This document shows, one piece after another, positions 9,940 through 17,161 of a DNA stretch of 20,000 nt. Below the pieces are notes generated by a model. That model did not search any database and was not told the DNA's origin. It worked only from the letters and a program-made list of their open reading frames with translations. The position numbers and the translations under genes are program-made. Origin of the DNA: Chrysochromulina tobinii. Taxonomy: Eukaryota. Location of the stretch: assembly GCA_001275005.1 (NCBI GenBank), contig JWZX01003118.1:60516-80515 (forward strand), in the 5' to 3' direction. Numbering within the stretch: the stretch's first letter is position 1; every line of letters begins with the position of its first letter.

Positions 9940-10653
9940 GCTAAGCTTTTGCCTCCACCTGTCTAGCTGAGCAATCGTTTGGCCTCTTTCAATGCGCCTT
10001 TGGCCTTACTCGTGTGCACGGTTGAGTGCACGGTATCGTCCCGTTGGCGCGGTACAGGGACCTGTCCCTACACCACATTTAACATTACCATGAACATTAC
10101 TCATCGCGGCACGCCCCCACCCGCTCTGTCCACGATCGTGAGGTCGTGTCTGTTGCGCTCGCGGTCCGCGCTGTACGTCGAGCTGACACACCTCCAGTCC
10201 CACATAAGAGCGCGAACTCGTTGGAGGAAGTGTACGCGCGCGGCGCGGTACTAACTCCTGTCCAGCTCCGGGGCACTGTACCGACTACCGGTACGGTGCT
10301 TCTGCGCGGTCGAGCGAAAGACCGTTCGAGGTTTGGCGCTTTGCGCGCGCGCGCTCTCACTTGGATCCGGATAAAGATTGTTTGTAGGACGGGAGCTTAG
10401 CCTACGCGGGCGCTAGGAGAGATACACCATACAGATAGGGTCTGTATCTCCCGAACTTGAGGTCCCAACATGCAACAACCGAATTTGAGGTCCCCGATGA
10501 GATGATGAGAAGGCCTAGAACTCTCGTCGCGCACGCACCCGACCGTGCGCGCGTGCGGGCTGCGGGCTCGTAGCTCGTATTTCTTTTTGAACTTCTCTCT
10601 TCGGCGAGTTGTGTGTTTACCTTGTGGCTGTGCGGCGTATTCGAATAGATAAA

Positions 10654-10736
10654 GTCTTCCTGTGCTTCACACTTCATAGGGATGTTAAGTATTAATCAGC
10701 CCCGAGAGCTGGCCCTGAGGCCGAGCTCTGAGTCCC
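10654..10736. repeat. Split direct repeat B2 (83 bp), element 3' terminus
   Basis: Identical to 11034-11116 (gtcttcctgtgcttcac...ctctgagtccc). Confidence 0.95.
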
Positions 10737-10770
10737 CTATTCTAGACAGTACGGGTCTGAGGAGGGTGGG

Positions 10771-11033
10771 GCACGACAAACCGCGGCACCGAGCCGCTGA
10801 ACAGGACACGAATGCGCGTCGCACTTCGTTGGGGTTACGTGACACGTGACGTCACCCAAACGCGCATCTCATTCCTCCAGATTAAGAATCTGAAGTCTCA
10901 TGCATGCATGGTATGTTTGTTTACACCCGCCCGCCGGCGCATACGGCTCGGCGTCGAGCTGTTGCGCCTACCACCCTTAACGTTGTTTGCCCTAGAAGAC
11001 AACCAATCTAGCGCCTAGGCGCTAGAACCCACC
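10771..11033. repeat. Split direct repeat A2 (10771-10858 verified; extent to ~11033 inferred)
   Basis: 10771-10858 is identical to 19913-20000, where the window ends. Continuation to the B1 boundary is expected from the B1-A2-B2 architecture. Confidence 0.8.
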
Positions 11034-11116
11034 GTCTTCCTGTGCTTCACACTTCATAGGGATGTTAAGTATTAATCAGCCCCGAGAGCTGGCCCTGAGG
11101 CCGAGCTCTGAGTCCC
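11034..11116. repeat. Split direct repeat B1 (83 bp)
   Basis: Identical to 10654-10736, offset 380 bp. Confidence 0.95.
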
Positions 11117-11311
11117 TGTAGTAGTGTGAGGCGCGGAAGACGGGACGGTGGTTAAGGCGGTCGGGCGGTGTCGTGCAGTCACTGGTTGGAATAATCCCAA
11201 TGGGTGGGAGGGTCGGGTAATGTTTGGCAGCTGAGGCTCAGCGCTCTAGGCGCGTCATGAAGCTGCGATTTGGTAAAGTAAGCGGTCGGTGAGAGAGCTA
11301 AGTTGGATGAG

Positions 11312-14300
11312 TTAGAAAGGAATGAGGACCGTCAGGTCCAGCTTGACATCGGCGAAAGGTAGGCCGCGGTCGTCGGAGGCTTCGACGAAGCGTACGATGG
11401 CGGCATTTGGGCGCTGTAGCGTCGTCACTAGTGCTGTCCAGCCCAGGCCCCCGTGCTCCGTGCACGGGTACGTAGGCCAGCACGCGGCGGGCACGCGCAC
11501 GCGGCGTCCGATTGCGTTGGCAGCGGTCAGTGGTGACGAGTCTGGCGGTGCGGGCGGTGGCGCAGCCGTGTCACCCGCGTCGTGGTCGGCGTTGTCGAGC
11601 ACGTGACGCGCCCGCGCCGGTATGTTTCCGCCAAAAGCGTGCAGCAAGGCGATGTTGCCTTCACTATTGCACACCTTTGGCACGGTTGAGGACTGGATTG
11701 CGTCGATGACTGCCTTCTCGGCGCGGTCGACCCAGTTGATGTGCAGGGAGGTACCATGCCGAGCGTAGACCTTGAGCGATTCTGGGTTCGCCCAGCGACA
11801 TATCATTTGTATGACGTCGTCGGCGCAGCCGGCAGCCTTGAGGGCAGTGGCAAGGCCGGAGCGCAGCGAGTGCCACGAATAGCATGAGGCGACCTTTTCG
11901 CCGTATAGGCGCACCAGGGCTACGTGGAGGAGAGTGTCCATTACACTGTGCGTGTAAGGGAGTCCGTACTCGTCGGCGAAGAGCGGTGTGATGCCGCGGC
12001 TGAATCCATGTACCGGGCGTTGCAGCTCGATTTGTCGGATGATGTAGCCCGCGCTGTTCGGGTCCGAGGAGAAGGCTACTGCCGAGGGGAAAGGTGAATG
12101 GATCTCCCCAAACTGGTCTGTTTTGGAGCGTGGTGGCGCGATAAGGATGGTGTCACCCGGCCGCATGGCGCTCAGCTGAGCGTGGGTGGGATCGCAGACC
12201 GGCACGCCGGCGATGATGTAAGTGACGTCAAGTCGAGTAACAAAGCACACTTCGCCTGAAGGGTGCGCCACAAACTCCGCCAGGCGGTGGCCCGTACGCC
12301 ATCCGAGGGCGAGCATGCCGCGGAAGGCATGGCCGATGGGGCTGCTAGGGTCATAGTTCCGGGCACCGAGGCGTCCGGCCGGGAGACTGAGTAGCGCCTG
12401 CACCATGGCAAATCGGAACGGTTCCCGTCGTTGGGGCATGAGGGCGTGTGCACCGTGCACAACCACGAAAGCTCGCAGCAGGCCGTGCAGCTCGCCCTGT
12501 ACCACTTTCGCCGGCGGCAGGATAACCTTCCATCCGCGGAAGATCCGAATAATGGCGAGCACGTATGCGAACGCGCTGCGTGGCGAGGCCCACTGTCGGC
12601 CCCGCTTGCCCTTCATCTTAGGGTACACGTAGAGCAGAAATGTGGCCATCAGGGTGCTGATCTCGCCTGGGTGGTTACGTACCTGGTCAGCCGATAGGAG
12701 AGGATCGAAACCCACTAGGGCCGCGAAATGCTCCCAATGCGCCCAAGCCGCTTCATTCTTCTTGCGTGTGCCATGCGAGGCGCCAAAGTCGGCGAGGTCG
12801 CCGGCATGTTGTAGCAAAGCAGCCAGCTGGTCCACATTGTGCGCAGTGCCGAAACCCGCGCGAGCGAAGCTGGTTGCTCGCCTGGTCGCTTGTTCGTGCG
12901 CGGCCTCGCGTAAGGCATCCCGGTTGGCCGAAGGCTTGGCGGACGCAGACTGTGGCAGAGCGAGGAGGCGCAACTTGCCAATTGTAGTAAGGGTGAGCTT
13001 GCCTTGCCGGACAGTAATTGGGCGTGCGTTCACGGATGTTAAGCGGCCGCGCGTACGCAGCGGCACCGGCGGATGTGTAGCCGCTGTAACCGCCGGTATC
13101 GGCGGCACTGAAGGCTGGCTAGCAGAGGCTTCCCCGCGCAGGCGGCTGATGAGGCGATCCGAGATGGCCGCTCCGGCGGCCGGTTGCCGCGGCGCTGGCA
13201 CTTGGGCGGACGCCCGCAGCACGGCGGCGAGGCGGGCGCCGATGGTGGCGACCGCGTCTGCCTCTTCGCAGGCCGATGATCGTTTGCCTAGCATGAGCAT
13301 GGACGGCGGCAGGACCGGATCGGGCCGTACGTAGGAGGATCGATTGATGCGCACGCCCACGTGGCGGGCCGTGTCTGCCACTCGGCGAAGCAGGTCCAGG
13401 GCGTGTGCTGGTACCTGTACTTGCATTGGTTGGATGTTGGCAGCGCGGCAAAGAAGGTCGAAACGCGGCCACAGGGCGCGTGAGACGCTGTCGCTGAAAG
13501 GATTGTCGTCGCCATCTAGGTGCTGGATGTCCGCGTTGGTTGCAACGACCCTGTAGTGCTGGTCCTTAAGTAGCTCATGATGTGCAAACTGCAGCATGGG
13601 GCTGCGGGCACGATGGCGAGAGAGCACAAAGGGTGTCGCGAGCGCGTCGCTTTGCAGACGGATTCGTTGCGCGTGGCGGAGGTGCGCAAGGGTGATTGCG
13701 CCTAAGCCGCTGGCAAGCAACTCGAGCACCGTGATGTGCAGGTAGAGGAGCCATTCGAGCGGTAGAGGGATGTACCAGTAGAGGCCGTGGCAGAAGCCTC
13801 CCAGGCCGGGCGGCTTACTGTCGGTGGCGGCGTCGGCTGAGACGATGTACTTTACGGCGAGGTGCGGCGGCGCGGCGCCGTCGCCCTTGCGCAGCACCAC
13901 AGTGACGGGCGCTCCACCGGTGTTGATCAGCGCGGCACGGTGCCGTTGCAGCTGCTCGACTTGGAAGCCATTGGGGCGGATCAATGCGGCTGGTCCTTCG
14001 TGTTGGACCCGAAGGGAGCCGTGCGGCTGGTACAGGCCGTACATGATCGAAGCCGCGGCCGCGTAGACACATCGCAGGTGCTCAAGGAGGCCGATGAGCG
14101 ACCTGTAGTCCTGAAAAGGTAAGCCGTCGGTGAGCAATTTGTCGATGCGATGGATTGTGCGTAGCAGCTTGGCTTTGGGCACGAGCACAAGCCCGAGGCC
14201 GGCGAGCAGCAAGACTCCCAGCCATGGGGCCCACGTGCCGAGCGAGCGCTTCTCTGGGATCGCCATGATAAGACCGAGCTCGGTGGTGAGGCGCACCCAG

Positions 14301-17137
14301 AGGGATAACAACCGAAGCGCACGGTCCACACCGACGACTATCATGATAGGGTCATCGGTGTACATGTGGACGACGTAAAGGCGCAGTTGGGCACGCTGCT
14401 CGTCCGCATGTTCCCGACGGATAGCTTGCCGCGCTGCCCGCCAGCGCTCGGCTGACGGCCGTGAGTCCAACGGCACTTGATCTTCCGCGGCGTCCATGTC
14501 CTGTCGCAGTAGGTGCAACATGGCCTCGCTAAAACGCTGCGCGATGTTGGTGGCTGGCATCGCCCCAAAGCCGAGGCGCCTTTCGGAGATGAAGAATAGG
14601 CGCTCGCCCGCAGAGCGCGGGGCCGCGATTTCGTCAGCGTGGACGAAGACCACCCCAAGCTTCCACCAATCCTCGGAGGCGATGGCTAATTGGTTGAAGT
14701 AGTCCTTGGCATCATCACCGAAGATGTAGAGGGGCTCGTCGAGGCGACGCGCCGCTGCTAGCAGAATGGATAGATCACGCATGACCATTGCGAGCGTGGG
14801 CTTGATTTCTCGCGGTCGCAGAGAAGGCATGTCCCACTCGAGAGGTTCGGCCAGCTGGCGCTCCTGCATATATTTCAACCACGGTGGGTCGTGGCGGAAA
14901 CGATACCAGACTGGCACGTGGCGAATGCTTGCGGCCTCGTTGATGGAAAGAGCGCGTAGGCCGCTGCCGTCGAAGGTCGGGCGTCTCGGTCCTCCGCATT
15001 CCGTTGTACGCCGGTAGCGCGTCTCCAACTTGCGCGCAGTAGCGCCCTGTCCATTCAAGTAGATGGGCCAGAAGGGCAAGTGGTCGAAGAAACGATACCA
15101 TCCCAGCGTCTGCAACCGATAGAGCTCGTTCCGAACAGAGGTGAACCCCATAGGCAGCGAGATGAGATGGGGTACGAGCACCGTCTGGAGCTCGACGTCG
15201 GCTTCGAAGCGCACTCCATCCAGCAGGTTCGATAGAAGGTTCTGGTCGGGGTAACCCTGCAGCCGCTCGCGCAAGAAAGGCAAGTTGAGCTGCGTCTCGA
15301 TGGGCAGCGTCACGTCGAGCGGCACAGCGCACGGTGCACGTTCGAAGGTGAGGTCCCAGACGCGCCCCTGCGCCCATGGTAAAAGCGCCTCTTGGCCAAG
15401 AACCAGCGGTGGCGGGCGGAGAAGCTCGCAGCCCGTGTGCTCCGGCGGGTGCTCTTCTATGCAGCGCAGTTGGTCAACTGCTCGGGTGAGCCACGCGTGT
15501 ACGCGCCGTCGGGCGGGCTCCTCGAGCAATTCCATCGCCGAGCGCACACAGTGAGGCGCTGCCGCGGGTAGCTGGGCCGGCATTCGCGGCAGGTGAGGCG
15601 TCACCGGCGGTACGTAGATGGGCGAGAAAGGGAGGCCGATCAGGTCCTCTGCGAGCATGTCGGGCAGCTGGACGTGTACAAGATCGAGGAGCTCCTGAGG
15701 GGGCGGGAGGATGCGCTCCGCCCACCCCTGCAAGTAAACTTCTCCTACGGCGACTCTAGCCTCCAGAGCGCGCCGCAGTACCATCTGATGATCAGCGTCT
15801 TGTCGCAGCCAATAGCCCACCGTGTTGATGTCGTAAGTGAGAGGGCGCATGCCCACCATACTCGCGACTGCGGTTGCCCCCACGCGGAAGACCGGGCGCA
15901 GCAGTTCGACTTCGTGGAGCGCGTCTGCAGTATAAGTGACTGGCCCACAGAACGCTGCCACTCCGACTAGGGCACGGGCAATGGGATCTGCAAGGCTGGT
16001 ACCTGCCATGCTGGCAAGAGTGCACCAGGCGAAAGTGGCACCCAGGCCGAGCCGCCAACGTCGCTGGGCGGCCGTGCGGACAATCGTTGCCTCGGGTGGC
16101 GCGAATGGTAGCATGCATACGCCCAAACGCGGCCCGTTGTCGCGGTAGCGGCCTATCATGAAAGTAGTGGCCAGGGCGTTGGCCGAAAAGGCCAGCTCGG
16201 CCCACCTTTCGAGCAAGCGCATCGGTGTCGCACGCGCCAACGGAAGGGGCAGTTCGGCGCCCAGAACCTGAAGGCCGTTCACGTGAGCGAACACGAGCGG
16301 CTGCAGCAAGTTGGCTACAAATAGGAGGATTACGCCTGCCGCCGTGAGCTCGGCGAGAGCAACCGACTGCGCCCCTGCGAGGTCGTGCAAGATCGCCGCG
16401 CCGGCATCGGGGAAGGTCAAGAAAGGCTCAGTCGGGGCCGGGGCACACTCAGAATCAGCGTCGTGTACGAGTTTGGACCGAGATGCAGCCTCGCTAACCT
16501 CTTCTTCCGTGCCCGTGTATCCACGGCGCTCCAGAGTGTGAGAGAGATACGGAGACGTAGCATTCGCTGAGCCCCATCCCTGGCTCGGCGCCGAGGGCGT
16601 GGGCGGCAACCCCGAGGGACCGCCGGTCATGTTGACGACTGCGTCGTGCTCTTGCCCTAGTGGACGAAGAGACACATCCGCCCCTTCGTTTCCACCGCCT
16701 CCACGGGTGCGCAATACCCACTGGGCTGCGTACCAGGTCGAGGGAGTGGGATGGCTGACCCCCTTAGGCCTGCCATCCGAAGAAGCCTCGTGTACGTCGC
16801 GCATCCGCAGTGGAATGCGCCCCCCGTATAGGAAGGGGGCGGCCCTTAGCTCAGGCTCGATGCCCTTGCCAGGACCACCGCCCGCTCTTGCTCGAGCGGG
16901 CAGCGAGAGTTTACCGGGGTCGACGGCCGGAGCGCGTGCGAGCCGATTCACTCGAAGATTGCCTGCGTCACGTCGACTGTTGCCAGTCGAGCTTGCAGGG
17001 CTTTCCGCCTGTCGCTGGGTCCGCAGATCCATCCAGATCCGTGAGATAAGACCCAGCGCGCAGAACAGCGTCACATGAAGTGCCTGAAGCACGATGTCAA
17101 GATACCAAATGAGCTCGTCCCCGACCACGGCGGTCAA
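11312..17137 (-). CDS. Retrotransposon ORF2 (pol-like): reverse transcriptase + RNase H + tyrosine recombinase in one frame
   Basis: RT: GDDAKDYFNQL, RLGFG, YTDD (14351-14362), WLGV. RNase H: ADAAT, HITVLELLA, QSDA, NPFSDSVSR (~13470-13850). YR: GHRLAE, SKTDQ, HSLRSG, CRW..., VY (~11760-12300). The listed start is TTG; the first ATG is at 17032 and the frame is open back to the ORF1 stop. Confidence 0.93.
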   Translation of the reverse strand: MTAVVGDELIWYLDIVLQALHVTLFCALGLISRIWMDLRTQRQAESPASSTGNSRRDAGNLRVNRLARAPAVDPGKLSLPARARAGGGPGKGIEPELRAAPFLYGGRIPLRMRDVHEASSDGRPKGVSHPTPSTWYAAQWVLRTRGGGGNEGADVSLRPLGQEHDAVVNMTGGPSGLPPTPSAPSQGWGSANATSPYLSHTLERRGYTGTEEEVSEAASRSKLVHDADSECAPAPTEPFLTFPDAGAAILHDLAGAQSVALAELTAAGVILLFVANLLQPLVFAHVNGLQVLGAELPLPLARATPMRLLERWAELAFSANALATTFMIGRYRDNGPRLGVCMLPFAPPEATIVRTAAQRRWRLGLGATFAWCTLASMAGTSLADPIARALVGVAAFCGPVTYTADALHEVELLRPVFRVGATAVASMVGMRPLTYDINTVGYWLRQDADHQMVLRRALEARVAVGEVYLQGWAERILPPPQELLDLVHVQLPDMLAEDLIGLPFSPIYVPPVTPHLPRMPAQLPAAAPHCVRSAMELLEEPARRRVHAWLTRAVDQLRCIEEHPPEHTGCELLRPPPLVLGQEALLPWAQGRVWDLTFERAPCAVPLDVTLPIETQLNLPFLRERLQGYPDQNLLSNLLDGVRFEADVELQTVLVPHLISLPMGFTSVRNELYRLQTLGWYRFFDHLPFWPIYLNGQGATARKLETRYRRTTECGGPRRPTFDGSGLRALSINEAASIRHVPVWYRFRHDPPWLKYMQERQLAEPLEWDMPSLRPREIKPTLAMVMRDLSILLAAARRLDEPLYIFGDDAKDYFNQLAIASEDWWKLGVVFVHADEIAAPRSAGERLFFISERRLGFGAMPATNIAQRFSEAMLHLLRQDMDAAEDQVPLDSRPSAERWRAARQAIRREHADEQRAQLRLYVVHMYTDDPIMIVVGVDRALRLLSLWVRLTTELGLIMAIPEKRSLGTWAPWLGVLLLAGLGLVLVPKAKLLRTIHRIDKLLTDGLPFQDYRSLIGLLEHLRCVYAAAASIMYGLYQPHGSLRVQHEGPAALIRPNGFQVEQLQRHRAALINTGGAPVTVVLRKGDGAAPPHLAVKYIVSADAATDSKPPGLGGFCHGLYWYIPLPLEWLLYLHITVLELLASGLGAITLAHLRHAQRIRLQSDALATPFVLSRHRARSPMLQFAHHELLKDQHYRVVATNADIQHLDGDDNPFSDSVSRALWPRFDLLCRAANIQPMQVQVPAHALDLLRRVADTARHVGVRINRSSYVRPDPVLPPSMLMLGKRSSACEEADAVATIGARLAAVLRASAQVPAPRQPAAGAAISDRLISRLRGEASASQPSVPPIPAVTAATHPPVPLRTRGRLTSVNARPITVRQGKLTLTTIGKLRLLALPQSASAKPSANRDALREAAHEQATRRATSFARAGFGTAHNVDQLAALLQHAGDLADFGASHGTRKKNEAAWAHWEHFAALVGFDPLLSADQVRNHPGEISTLMATFLLYVYPKMKGKRGRQWASPRSAFAYVLAIIRIFRGWKVILPPAKVVQGELHGLLRAFVVVHGAHALMPQRREPFRFAMVQALLSLPAGRLGARNYDPSSPIGHAFRGMLALGWRTGHRLAEFVAHPSGEVCFVTRLDVTYIIAGVPVCDPTHAQLSAMRPGDTILIAPPRSKTDQFGEIHSPFPSAVAFSSDPNSAGYIIRQIELQRPVHGFSRGITPLFADEYGLPYTHSVMDTLLHVALVRLYGEKVASCYSWHSLRSGLATALKAAGCADDVIQMICRWANPESLKVYARHGTSLHINWVDRAEKAVIDAIQSSTVPKVCNSEGNIALLHAFGGNIPARARHVLDNADHDAGDTAAPPPAPPDSSPLTAANAIGRRVRVPAACWPTYPCTEHGGLGWTALVTTLQRPNAAIVRFVEASDDRGLPFADVKLDLTVLIPF

Positions 17138-17161
17138 GACCGCCGCGCCGCCGTCGCATCA
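17122..17161 (-). promoter_or_regulatory. Candidate stop-codon readthrough signal: UGA + 8-nt spacer + GC-rich stem-loop
   Basis: Minus strand AAA-TGA-TGCGACGG-CGGCGCGGCGGT-CTTG-ACCGCCGTG(G)TCG forms a 12-pair stem (2 G-U, 1 bulge) with a CUUG loop. ORF1 and ORF2 share the frame. Confidence 0.55.

Noticed and set aside
10755..10790. CTGAGGA as a hammerhead ribozyme core
   Set aside because: No correctly placed GAAA or stem II/III pairing was found downstream.
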